This document shows positions 13,456-25,998 of a stretch of 64,000 nucleotides of DNA, one piece after another. A model generated the notes under the pieces. That model did not search any database and had not been told where the DNA came from. It was given only the letters and a program-made list of their open reading frames with translations. The DNA comes from Nageia nagi. Taxonomy: Eukaryota; Plantae; Pinophyta. The stretch spans positions 29,946,001-30,010,000 of the forward strand of contig JBITNC010000001.1 of assembly GCA_050084985.1 (NCBI GenBank), given 5' to 3'. A program made the position numbers and the translations under genes. Every line of letters starts with the position of its first letter. Within the stretch, counting starts at the first letter, position 1.

Positions 13456-14627
13456 GATTACTTGTCCTACATATGTAAACATATTATTTTTGCAAACACT
13501 ACTACATTTTAGCAATTTTGCATCATACCATGCATCATAAAATTGCATTTTGATGCCATGACACAATATGCATCACTATTTTGCATGTCTATGTCAATCT
13601 AGATAAAACCATTTTTTTAATGCATTAGTTGATGCATTATATGATGCATTCATTGATGAATTGCTTGATGCATTTTAGTGCATCAAGTTATACATGGAAA
13701 AAAAAAGCACGAATTATGCACATAGATTATGGCATGATTTGCTATTGACCATCAATGCATTCCCTTGATCAACTATGGATTTTTAATGGTAGGTATGATA
13801 CAATTGATGAGTAAATGAAGAAACTTGCCCTTTATAAGGGTATTTTTAGGGATACAAGTCTGCATTTTTAGTGATACAAATCTACAAGAGATGAAGACAA
13901 GCTGAAGAACATAAATATTAGTATGTATATGCATTTTATGGTAAGAAAAATATGCATTGTATGCTTCAACCACCCACAAAGTTTGTTAGAGGAGACCCTC
14001 AAAATTTGGTAGATGCCCATGAAGTTTTTGACTTTATGCTCATGGAATATGATAATTTCAAGTTACTAGAGATACAAATTTCCTCAACAAGCATTGAACC
14101 TATTTCATCAAATGCAATAAACATCAATAATAGTCTAACTAAATGAATTCACTTTTCCTAGCATCCTTAAAGCATGCACCAAACTGAAAGATTTGCAAAA
14201 GGGTTTATACATACATCAAAGACTCTTTAAAATAAATTTTTTATTGAATGTTATGGTTGTGAATACCCTTTTAGACATATATGCAAAATATGGAAGTGTA
14301 GAGAAGATAGACAAATTGTTTGACAAGATACAAACTCTCATTCCTATAGTTTTGATGTATACCTATAATTTTGAAACTATACATGATGCTTTATATGTCA
14401 TGTATAGCATCAATTATTTGGTGCTCATAACTCGATATATGATGAAAGGAATGATGCTATACTTGAAACTACAAATGATGCTTTGTTTGATAGTACCCTT
14501 AGCATCAATTCATGCATCATGATTTATGTAGTTTAAAAAAAATACTATGGATTAACGTATGGTATGATGTAAAATTGCTAAAATCTAGTAATGAAGTAGT
14601 TTTATGATGTGTAGGTGACAAGTAATG
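13456..14627. mobile_element. Non-autonomous CACTA-like (pack-type) TIR element carrying PPR fragments
   Basis: Inverted ends gattacttgtcctaca...ttttagcaattttgcatcatacca versus reverse-complemented cattacttgtcacctaca...ttttagcaattttacatcatacca (decayed CACTAC termini). Dense subterminal gatgca/tgcatc repeats. The 3-bp flanks aat/aaa match imperfectly. Confidence 0.7.
14142..14330 (+). pseudogene. Captured PLS-class pentatricopeptide repeat (PPR) gene fragment
   Basis: In frame: NEFTFPSILKACTKLKDLQKGLYIHQRLFKINFLLNVMVVNTLLDIYAKYGSVEKIDKLFDKI, matching the L and S motif consensus (TFxSVLKAC ... NALIDMYAKCGS...LFD). A further piece, LVDAHEVFDFM, lies at ~14006-14038. Confidence 0.9.
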
Positions 14628-16990
14628 AAAGGTGGGATGCTATTGAATGAATTAGAAGTGAATTATTAATACCAATGATTTTCATGATCATATGAGATCG
14701 AGACACTAGGACAGTTCGATAAGATAGCAGTATGGAAAAAGATAAGCTCCCTAGGATTGTTAATATGTGTTTATGATTACCTAGTGTTCTTAAATTTGAG
14801 TTGAAAATATTTTTATGCCTTAGAGGATTACCAAGGATGTTAGTGTAATTATCTTAGGACCCCTAATAATTAATATTAGTGGGTAAAGATAATTAAGGGA
14901 ACTAACTAGGTAGGAAAAAGGTAAAGTTTAATTATTTAAATATATGTATTTAAGTATTTTGTGAGAATGTGTACATATTACTTATTAATTATTAATTAAG
15001 GTTAGTTAATAATAAAGAATAGTAATCCATAGCATTAAATATTATTATCTAGCTTAAAATAAATAAATAAAGCTAAATGAGTTATGATTGGTTGATCGAT
15101 AAAGGCTAGAGTTAACTAAGCCTTTAAGATATTACTTATGATTAAATAATATTTAATTATACCTAATTGCATGAAGTGTCTCATTTTAGTTATTGTATCT
15201 TAGTTGCAAGTTAGGTGTGCTAGTTTAGAGTTAAGGTATGCTAGTGGAATTCAGTCCACTGAAGTGTTAATTGATGACTAAGTGGGAAGATATTTCCACT
15301 TAGGAATTAATTCCCACTCACTTGAGTTTAAGTGTTGTTATCACTTCAAGTTATTTTATAGCCTAGCCCTAGTTGAAAAACTATAAATAGAGCCCTAGGT
15401 TGGAGGTTTTGCAATCATCCTTGTTTTCTCTATTTTGGAGTAGTCAAGCTTTGCAATTTTGGAGAAAAATATCCTTCTTCAGTTGTAGGAATTTATTAAG
15501 GTTTTCTTCTTATTGTTATATTTATTTGACAAGCTTGAGTTGATTATTTTTATTAATGTGTAATTGATAGATTTCAATCTCTAGTTTTTATTTAATTACC
15601 TACAAGTATTTTACCTTCTTGTTTTAAAAATATGATTGGTAAAAGGTTTGACTTATTTTCATAAGTAGTTTTGAAATCCATGTATAAGATTTTGCTTATT
15701 TTCATGTTAGAATTTCCTTTTGAAAATATGTAATTTAAAAATCCATGTATAATTTTATCTCAAAATTTTATATTTCAAAAAATAAGCTTTTTAGAATTTA
15801 AAACCCCATTAATGCCATTAATTAAAATATTTTACTAGTCTTAGGGTTGAAAACCCCCTTTTAAAGATATTAGAGTTGAAAAACACTATTAGCTTTTAAT
15901 ACAAACCTAGGAGAGAGGAAAATCAATGTGGTCTTTTAAAAAATGGCTATCTATTAGCCTACTAGGTTTTAGAGCCATTGGGGCTTAGTGTTTAGATTAT
16001 AGGGAGGAAGAGACCCATGTGTATCTTAGGGACCTCCTAAGCTCACGTAGGGCACCAGGCCCTCCTTCCATTTAGCATTACCAAAAAGGGGGCTTTGGGA
16101 GATGTGTTGGGCCTTTGGGAGCCCACATCACCCTCTAATACCCCCCATATGCCTTTTGTTGGTGCATAAGAGTTTTTCTTGTAATGTGGAATACAGTTTA
16201 ACCTCTTCCCACAATTGGATGTTGCCTCAAAATTACATATTTCCTTTTGGGGTTTCGAAGATTATTTTTATTTTAAAATTTAGTTTGAAATTTTAAAATA
16301 TATTAGAGTTTCTAAATTAAACTTTGGAATTTGTTTATTACAGTTGATTTAAAATGTTTGAAATTTGTGTTTTAAATGAAGGTTTTAAAAGATAATAGTA
16401 TTGGGTTATTTCTATTTAAATAAGTCTTATTAACATAGAAATTAGATGATATTATTTAGATTTACAAGTTTTAAAATGGATATAGTTATTTTAAAATATA
16501 AATAGATATTTTAAGATAGTGTATTATTATTGGGGTTTACCATTTTTTCTAGGTGGTTGTGAGGATTATTGGTTTTAAAATAAAATTTGTGATGAATTTT
16601 TATTTTGAGGTTCAAGTTTTAGGAAGTATTTTGGGATTTTCAAATCTCTATTTTTAGGAATAAAATAAGGACTGATATTTTATTTAAAGGAGGACTTATG
16701 ATTTTTAGGCCTTGTCTAATTTTAGAAGCATGTGTATTATTTAAGTCTTTGTTTTTATCCAGTGTTTTGCCTAAGGGCCTTAGTGCAGGTTATGGGGTAA
16801 ATGGTAGGTTGTTATTGATTTATTTGTTAACTCTTAAAATTTAAAAATATGGTGTTTGTTTATTTTTAGAATTAGGTGGGTATTCTAAAACTAAGCCATG
16901 AATTTTTATTGATTGTTGCTACTATTATTATTTCTAGGATATTACTTTAATTGGCAATTTGATATTTTAAGAGTAAAGATCATTTTATTA

Positions 16991-17640
16991 TTTTAGGATA
17001 TTGTTTTATATTCTAAATTAAAGTTTGTTTATTTATTTTAAAATATGGATGTATTTTAAAATAATGTTGTAAGTATTTTAGGATATTGTATTATATTCTA
17101 AAATGGAGTTTGTTTATTTATTTTAAAATAGAGATGTATTTTAAAATAATGTTGTAAGTATTTTAGGATATTGTATTATTTTCTAAAATAGAATTTGTTT
17201 ATTTGTTTTAAAATAGGGATGTATTTTAAAATAATGTTGTAATTATTTTAGGATATTATTTTATATTCTAAAATAAAGTTTGTTTATTTATTTTAAAATA
17301 GGGAAGTATTTTAAAATATTGTTGTGATTCTTTTAGGATATTATTTTTATATTATAAAATAGTGTTTGTTTAATTATTTCAAAATAGGGAAGTATTTTAA
17401 TATATTGTTGTGATTATTTTAGGATATTATTGTTATATTATAAAATAGAGTTTGTTTAATTATTTCAAAATAGGGAAGTATTTTAAAATATTTATTGTGA
17501 TTATTTTAGGATATTATTGTTATATTTTAAAATAGAGTTTGTTTAATTATTTTAAAATAGGAAAGTATTTTAAAATATTGCTGTAATTATTTTAGGATAT
17601 TACTATTATATTCTAAAATAGAGTTTGTTTAAAATAGAGT
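16991..17640. repeat. ~85-bp AT-rich tandem repeat, ~8 copies, inside the solo LTR
   Basis: ttttaggatattgtattatattctaaaatagagtttgtttatttattttaaaatagggatgtattttaaaataatgttgtaagta recurs at 16991, 17076, 17161, 17246, 17331 and onward. Confidence 0.92.
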
Positions 17641-19385
17641 TGTGAATATTTTAAAATAGAGTTGTGATTATTGTAAAATATAGATGTTGATTTATTTTCA
17701 AATGGGAATTGATGTTTTGAAATAAAGTTATTTGTTTGTTTTAAACTATGGGTTGACATTTTAAAATAAAGTTCTTAGAGTTGTTGGAATGTTTCCTTAA
17801 AATGGTAAAGCATGTTGTTGCATTTTAGAGAAAACCCAAGATTGTATCTGATCCAACCATTCTTGAGCTACCATTCAACCTAAGGAGCAAAATCTTGATC
17901 ATAGTGCAGGAAGGGAGTTTGATAAATTCTTGCTATGGATTCTAAATTAATTGTACTTGATATTTGATTTGAGGAATAAATAGCAAAGATATGGTTGTTC
18001 TTGTAAAATATTTTGAAAAGAATTATTACTTCCTTTTTAGGATGATTGTACCAATAATGATTGTTGTACAATTTTGATATCTTTGAAATTATGAAAGGTT
18101 AGTCCTTTAATAATTAAGTGTTATTATTTTATTAAAGAGTTGTTTAGTAAATGAATTGACTTACTTAAATGTGATTATGCTTAGCATTACTTGGTACTAT
18201 ATGGATGATGATGCTTAATGGTTTTAAAAATCCCATATTGTGTGCAAACATTATGATGCTTAAGACCTAACTCCCTTGCCTATAGGTGTGAATAGAGATA
18301 ATATAATATCTCCTATAGGGGAATGATTTACTCTTAAATCATAGTGGGTTTTAATGTGTGAATATTTAAACCTAATTATAGACTTTGCCAAAGCTCTAAG
18401 TAAAGCATGATTATTCATTTAAGGGATACTAATTTATATTCAAATGAGTTACGCTAAGATAAATTACGAAATTCGTAAGGTTGAATGGACCTCAAAGTAT
18501 TAAATTTCCTTAATATGATGATGGTGGGAAATACGGGTAAGTATATGGTACCATTGGGAAATCACTATGGCAAGCCATGTGAAGTTATTTAACAAGTTAA
18601 CTAATAGGAAATGGTATATACTTAGTGATGAGTATATAATCATGAATGACTTAGCTTGGAACAATATAAATAGTATTATGAATAATAATTCATAAGGTTC
18701 TCAAGTAACTTCCAAACACATTTAGAATTGATTGCATTTAATTACTTATTTTATTTACTTAGAGGGAAAAACAAATTTGTACTCACCTCTCAAATGTATG
18801 GGATGGATGTTATAGTGATGATCCTATGTGTTTATACTAAAATAGGGTCTTTACAAAACTCAAATCAAAAATAACATTTCCTTGGCTATTTTGTATATTC
18901 TTAGATTCATGAAATATTTTTTTGGATGGGGAATCTCTAAGCTTAGGACAAGGATGTCATATTTCATACAAGAATGGTTGAATAAACTCAATTTTGTAGA
19001 CTAAATCCCATAATTGACTATCTTTAAAATTAGTGGCTTTTGAGGGTTTGATTTTCAAATAAACAAGATTATCAAACATATTTGTATCAAAAACATTTTC
19101 ATTCCTATCATTTATAGTACTCTAAGTAGTAGTGAACTTACCCATTTTTACTGAATTATCAAATAAGAGCTGGAAATGGGTAGAATCAAAATCTAAGAAG
19201 ATGCAAACCCCAAGGCTCTAGATGACTTGAAAAATTGCAAAGGAAAAAATACTAAGACACAAATTTGAAATGAGAATAAAGTGAATAAAATACTTAACTA
19301 CTTTATTTAATGTAAAATATGCATATTAAAAATTATGCATGAGAATAAAAATTAAATATTTACATATAATACATACTTATGTGAT

Positions 19386-20640
19386 TACATGATGGTATAT
19401 AACTTCAAATGCTAGCCATTAACTATGATTAGGAGTACCCAACTATCTATTCCTTCCAACTTGAATTCATTATTCTAGATTTCTTTGCTAATTATGTAGG
19501 GTTTGAATCACAAAGAATTAAATTTTAATGGCATCTAGGCTTGGCTCTATCTTCATACCATTTGGGAACCAAGTTGCTAGGTTTGAAAAAGACATTAGAT
19601 GTATACTTTTTATCAAATCATATCTTAATCACACTATTTTTTATTTTTTTGTATTTCTCTATAATAATTCTCCAAAAGTTCATTTAGGTACATCTAAGAA
19701 AACTTCCTTACCTATAATAGGTCTGAATCATTCATCTCATATAGGTTTAACAATTGTAAGGTAGGTAACTCAATGTGATATGGCAATATAACTCTTTTCC
19801 CATGAACTAGAACATAAGGAGAATTTCAAATAAAAGACTTGTAAGTGATCAAGTATACCCATAGTTCAAGGTCAAGATTTTTATCCCAATCTTTTTGATT
19901 ATCATTTACTGTCCTCTTCAAGATTCTTAATAGATTTTTATTTATTGATTCAACTAATCCATTACCTTGAGGGTAATAATTGGATGAGATTTTCTATTAA
20001 ATATAATACTTGAGAGCAAATTCTAAAACATAGGCTCTTAAAATTGCTTGACCATTATATAATATAATAGTCTATGCAATACCAAATCTTGTAATGATTC
20101 TCTCCATGAAAGAGATAATTATGTCTTGATCTTGATATTTTATAGTAGAAACTTTTGTCCATATTATAAAATAATATGTAGCATTTAAGATTAACCTATT
20201 ACCTAATGATGACCCTAGATTTATTATGCTAATAAAATCAAGGTCCCATTGCTAGAATGGTTCTTCTGCAATGATGGTTTGTAATGGCATTGCTACCATT
20301 CTTCTCCTTCCCATAACTTTGTGATATTTTTCATATTATTTAGCAATATAAAATGAGTTAATATACAATTATGGCCAATAAAAGTCTATTTATAAAATTT
20401 ATTCTACATTGGTATATCCTAAATAATGTCCTCCAAAAAAATTAGAATAGAGTTCCTTTAGAACTTCACCAACTTTATTAAGATATATGATACTCAATAA
20501 TATCCCATAATTATTCTTTCTATATAAAACATAATTTACCATATAATAATTGAGTGCGTTTAATTTGAACCTTGTCATTTGAGAAGCATTTAGTTTAGAT
20601 GGTAATATACCACTATCAAAATATATACACAATTATGTTA
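19386..20640 (-). pseudogene. Integrase remnant of element A
   Basis: Zinc-finger region ELYSNFFGGHY, core PF*QWDLDFISII, a YYPQGNGLVES-type motif at ~19980-19950, and a GPY-like tail (FKPYII...VNG*HLKLY). Confidence 0.9.
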
Positions 20641-20699
20641 ATCAATTTTTTTGTTCATCCAAACATTTCAAAAGTTTTCTATCTTGAGTTTCCACCTCA

Positions 20700-22100
20700 A
20701 TAATCATGATGTGCTCAAAGCTCTAATCTTCAGCCAACTGCTTACAAAGATATTTCCCCTTAACTACCTTCATAGGAAAAATTTCAACATCATATTTTTG
20801 TAATCCATTTGACTCTCCCTTTTTCTATTTCACCTTGTAGAATTTAACTTCTAACATCTGTATGAATGGTAAGGATTAGAATTTTATTCTAAGAAATGTA
20901 ATGCTTGAACTTGTTAAGAGCTTTCATTATTGTAAACACCTATTTTTCAATTAATCCATAGTTTTCCTCAACATCATGTAAAATTTGGCTGAAAAAAGCT
21001 ATAGGGTGTTGATCATAATTATCTTCTTTATGAGTTAAAATTGCTACTATGCTTTTCTCTTCTCCAAATGCATATAAAATAAATTCCTTTTAAAATTTTG
21101 GATTCTTCAAAATGAGAGAAAACATAATGGTTGAATTTATCTATTCGAAAGCCATAGCTCTCTCCATTTTCCACTTAAAGGGAACTTTATATTTTAGCAT
21201 TTTTATTATTAGCTAGATAATTCAAGAAAAAGCTTGGATGAATCTCCTCACAAAATTTATCTAACATAAAAAATTATAACATCTTGATATTATATGGAAT
21301 TATGAGTTTGGAGATAGCTTCCACTCTCTCTAAATCAATTAAAAAACTATCTTTTGAAATGACATGACCTAGAAACTTTCCCTAAACCAAAAAAAAAATG
21401 GATTTCTTCATATTTAATGAAATTTTAAATTTTTGACACTTCAAGAAAGTTTGCGGGATATGTTGCAAGTGATTCTTCTTCTTTTAAGAGAAAATAATGA
21501 TATCATCTAAGTAAATTAAAATAGTTTTGTTGATCAATTCCTCGAATGCATGGTCCATAGCCCTCTAAAAGGTTTCTCTTGCATTGAACAAGCCAAATGG
21601 CATTCATTGAAAAGAAAATGTTCCCTATTTTATGGTGAATGTTATTTTGTATTAATCTTTATCCTTCACTAAAATCTAGTTATACATAGAAAAGCTATCA
21701 AAAAAAGAGAAATATTTTGATCCTACAATAATATGTAAGATTTGTTACATAAGAGGCAATGGATAGTAGTCTTTTATTAAGGCTTTGTTAAGATTTTGTA
21801 AATCTACACACAACCTGATATCTCCATTCTTCTTATTAACTGGCACCAAATTAGCCACCCAAGTAGAATAATTGATTGGATATATGATCCTCACCTAAAA
21901 TAATTTTTGAATTTTCTGTTGGATAACCACTTTAACTTTAGGATTCACTAGTCTTTATTTCTTCTAGAAAAGATTTTCCCCTTCCACCAACTCTATGGTG
22001 TGCTAAATAACATCATTTTATATACACCTTCAAGTCATCATAGCTCCATGCCATGATATTAGCAAATTCCTTCATGATTTTAGCTATCTCTTGAATATCT
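20700..22100 (-). pseudogene. RT and Gypsy RNase H remnants of element A
   Basis: KNGDIRLCVDLQNLNKALIKDYYPLP (~21830-21755), MPFGLFNA (~21603-21580), IYLDDI (~21516-21499), then HPIAFFS-type RH motifs (~21010). Confidence 0.92.
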
Positions 22101-22399
22101 TTGGATGAGTTCTTTATACCAACTTTAAGAAACTTTTTAGTAGCTATTTCTAACTCTTTAAAATTCTTAAAAGAAAATAAAATCTTACCTTTTATTAACT
22201 AATCATATTTGGAAAAGAGATTTTCAAATGCAATAATACCTTTAGGTAAAGTATTATTCTTCAATTGTATAATGTATTCTTCTCTAAATGCCTTAATCAA
22301 TGACTCTTGGCTATTTAAATATAACATTTGTGTAACCAAGAAAGAATTAATGACTTTATCATCATTAAAAACTTACCAAAAATAATAATTATCAATAAT

Positions 22400-23320
22400 A
22401 GAAGGTTTGAACATTAACTAAATACCTTATCTTCTTAGCTAATGATGTGTATGATCAAATCTTGATCCATTTTAATCCAAGGCATCAGCTTTGCTATTCT
22501 GATCCCTAAGGACTGTAGTAAGATTTATAGCATTCAATCTCTCTAATAATTCCCATACTTTATTTTTGTATTTTTCAAATTTTGATGTTTATAAGAACAC
22601 TTATTGGTCACTTGATTAATAACCAATTATGAATCACCAAAAATAATCAAACTTTTATTTTTAACTTTATTGTTTGTTCAAGCCCTAAGTACAAGGCTTC
22701 ATACTCCATTGTGTTATTTGTACAATTCCATATGATATGAAAAGAATACTTATTAGTTTCATCAAAAGGGTATCTCAAAACTAATAGAATTGAACTATAA
22801 CATGAACAACTCTATTCTCCTAAATAACTCACAAAGCAATCTCACAATGTAACACAAGATGTAAGTGGTTCCTCCAACTAGGAGTACATCCACTAACTAG
22901 ATCTTTACTTCAATCACAAATACAACTCTCACACAATCCTCTTTATCTCAACTCCTAAGCATTATCCTATAGCATAACTTTACTCCACAAATTGGTTTAT
23001 AATCACAAAGAGGGAGCCTTCTATTTATAAGCCAAAATCCCTCTTTGGATCACTTTTTTATCCAATATACAAAAGTATGACATGCACATCTTTTTACCAA
23101 AGAGGCATGCTCATGAAATGGAGTGTAGGATAAGTTACATTATCATATTCACTTAAATACTTAAGGTATTAAATGACATCCTTAAGTATTAATGAACTTA
23201 CATAGAAGATTATTATAAAATCTTTACAAAAATGTGTTATACATTCCAACAAAAACAACCCTTGCACCTGCTCCATTCTTAGACTTTGATCCATTAAAAT
23301 GCAAGTTCTATAATTCCTAT
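22400..23320 (-). pseudogene. Additional 'archaeal-type' RNase H (aRH) between protease and RT in element A, interrupted by a solo LTR
   Basis: LHFNGSKSKNGAGARVV|LRYPFDETNKYSFHIIWNCTNNTMEYEALYLGLEQ...FGDS...RDQNSKADAL. The frame is restored by removing 22782-23251 plus one TSD copy. Confidence 0.88.
22782..23251 (-). mobile_element. 470-bp solo LTR (Copia-like termini)
   Basis: Perfect TSD aaaac (22777-22781 / 23252-23256). Ends taatagaat... / ...attccaaca are a decayed TGTTGGAAT inverted pair. Minus-strand tataaatag at ~23020-23030. Confidence 0.88.
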
Positions 23321-23459
23321 TACCTTACTTCCTAAATGGTAAGGGTTGATAAATCTATAAATATTCAAGAATTACATAAGTCCCCATACCTTTACTCTCA
23401 ATTTGATTGATCATAAGTTCAAAAACTAAATCTACAAAGTCCAATTCCTCTTCACTAAT

Positions 23460-23900
23460 ATCTGTTCACATAGTTTGCTCATTTATTATGTTAATTTGAG
23501 GTATTTTTTCAATGAAAAAACCTATTGTAGGCTTATTAATAATATTAAACATATTGTTCTTAAAGGGAATTGATATATGGGAATAGTCCAGAGCTAAGTA
23601 CCCTACCAATTTGTAATTAAATTCTCTTGACAAGCACAAACCAAATATAGGGGTAAGGTCAAAAACTATGGTATCTTGAATAACTAAAACTCCACTACAC
23701 CTATTAAGATTCATTGAAACATGTTTTACTACACCAAGGGTTTTGATATTTATGCCATCCAACTAGAGTACTCTAGTGGAATCTCTAGTGTAGGTAAATC
23801 CAATGACATCAAATACTTTCTTATCCATGACTATCATCTAAATCTATAATACAATTATGGATAATGTGTCCTAATTCAATCATAATATAAAAAGGAAGAA
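23460..23900 (-). pseudogene. Protease remnant of element A
   Basis: LGHIIHNCIIDLD (~23873-23835), followed by ORF 23466-23762 (LDGINIKTLGVVK...FGLCLSREF). Confidence 0.75.
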
Positions 23901-24499
23901 GTCTATTTTTCCCCATACTTGGTAATTTTGTAGCTACATCTAGATTGTAATTCCAATCATCATTTCCTTTAGTTTGATTTAACAGTGCTACTTTTAGTAA
24001 GTCTATCTATATGAGAATACGCAAGGCATCAAAGAGTGATGCTATTAACAATATTCTCTTTAGTTCATCCATAATGTTGTATCAAACAATACAAGAAGAA
24101 ATCTCTTTTAGATACTTTTTTTTAGAAGATTGAGTTGCTTCTTCTCTCTATAATCTTATCAAATATGGGAATCTGAACCTTTTGGCTACTTTATCCCTTT
24201 ATTAAATTTTTAGGGAAGCAAAAACATGAGCAACTTATTTTCCTAGAACTTGTTATTCTAGAAAAATCTTATTACTAAGCACATATTTTCCAATAGGTCA
24301 TTTTGATGGTAACTTGGAAAAATAAGTGTATGGTGTTTGAATAGGATTAGCTAGGTAGAATTGATTCTTCCCTTAAGGCTAAAATTATTTAATTGCAAAC
24401 CTTGTTTCAATAATTATAATAGCAAGTTTTGGTATAATAATAAGATTTGCTTCTGATGCTCCTTCATCTATAAAATAATTAGTGTTGACTCTATCATTT

Positions 24500-25824
24500 A
24501 CTTCAAACCTTGTTTGATGCTATAAGATCATATATAAATTTTGGATATAAAGATCATTATATGCTCTACACCAATCTTGATTAGAAGGAGGAATATATGA
24601 CTCAAGAGACATATATACTCTATATCTACTAGGTAGATCTTTTTTTTATCAATGATCTCTAGCAAGATAGGGATACCTCCTTTGTTGACCTCCATCATCC
24701 CTTCGATCATAGTAGTATCACCTTTTAGAAGCCCTCTATTTAGCTATCTTGTAATTATATAAAGTTCTTAACAGAGATTCCAATTCAATAATCTTCATTT
24801 AATTCATATTTTCTTGCTACACATTGCTACTTAAGGCAAGTGCAAGAAGTGCTACCTATAGAAATAAAGTAGGTAAGGCAAGCTAGGGTTGCAGTGCAGA
24901 TAAAGCAAGTTGACATTATAGTGCTAAAAGTTACAATTGGGGTAATTGAGGAGCTTGAGCTACAAGCAGAGAAGGATAAGTTTTCATTAAAGGTTGCATA
25001 GAAGATGAGGGTGCATATAAGATAGGTGTAAACATTCTAGCAAGAAGTTTTTCTACTAAAATGAGAGAAGATTTAGCTTATAGATAAGCTTTATAAATAT
25101 CCAAAAACTATTGAGGTCTAATAACCTAAATCGTTGAGGCTAATTCTAGAGTAAATGCTCTAAGGTAGAATATTAAAGCCATTGAAGAATGTGGCCTCAC
25201 AGCTAGAGGTAATCTAGTCTAAGATTTGAAAAAGCTAAGATTAATTTCAGATACATTATCCTAAGAATGTATTTGAATAACATTTAATTATGAAATAAAT
25301 GAGTAGGGATCACCAACCTCATTAAATTTGAGAATAAGGGCTTTTGCAAGTTGAACCCATGTAGATATGGAATTGGCCAAAAGTGTTTTGTACCAATCCA
25401 AAACTTTTTTAGAAAGGGAAATGATAAGCAATTTGAGCATCAAATTTTCATGGACTATTTTATGCTTCTTTTTCATATTTGCAATATCCTAATAATATTT
25501 GTAAGCAATATTTCCATAACCATACCAATTTTACAAAGCTTTGGTAGCTTGCACTAGAATCTTATGAGGATTTGCAACTTGGAAACCACCAAAAGTATTC
25601 CATTCTAGATAAATAAGAGGTTCAACTAGTTGTGCCATTTAAACAAGTAGATCGACTATATTCCTATGAGTGAAAGATGGAATAAATTTCAACAAAGTGG
25701 GGGTTAAAATATGAATAAGATTTGTAAGAGAATTAGATTTTCTAAGTGGTGTTTCAATAGATATTTTAGAACTCTTAACATTGAAGAATTCTTTGGCTTT
25801 CCTATTTTGTGATATTATTCTCAT
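24500..25824 (-). pseudogene. gag remnant of element A
   Basis: ORF 25288-25476 LMLKLLIISLSKKVLDWYKTLLANSISTWVQLAKALILKF fits the retrotransposon gag core. Confidence 0.85.
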
Positions 25825-25998
25825 AATAGAAAAAAAACTAAAAGAAGTAAAAATTTAAAAAAAAAATTAGGTTCAATATTTTCAAGGATAAAAAGATATT
25901 CAACCAAGGAGTGTCTCCTTCATAATATAATGATCATGCATAATTTAGTATAGGGTAGGAGATCTTCACATTAGGCATGCAAAAAAGAATTATAATAA

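Larger units (their letters stand above)
13313..18855 (+). mobile_element. Large solo LTR (~4.4 kb without its own insert), Gypsy-type termini
   Basis: Starts tgtcacaaccc and ends gggtctttaca, with a perfect 5-bp TSD aaact (13308-13312 / 18856-18860). TATA-like ctataaatag at 15381. No gag/pol inside. Confidence 0.88.
9760..19145 (-). pseudogene. Long accessory ORF 3' of integrase in element A (about 1,250 codons once the 13313-18855 insert is removed); function unknown, with K/E-rich and coiled-coil-like C-terminal part
   Basis: ATG at ~19145 (MGKFTTT...). Removing the solo LTR rejoins IQNSQGNVIFDLS|LFTMYKAFHKP in frame. It continues via ...GDYYFIDNYKVILLSGFFNKPMKLP... and track ORFs 12151-12369, 11801-11983, 11298-11537 and 10081-10503. 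Confidence 0.75.

Noticed and set aside
14193-14522. Functional PPR gene
   Set aside because: Only about two motifs are present; the ORF runs on into TE subterminal repeats and is embedded in nested transposons.
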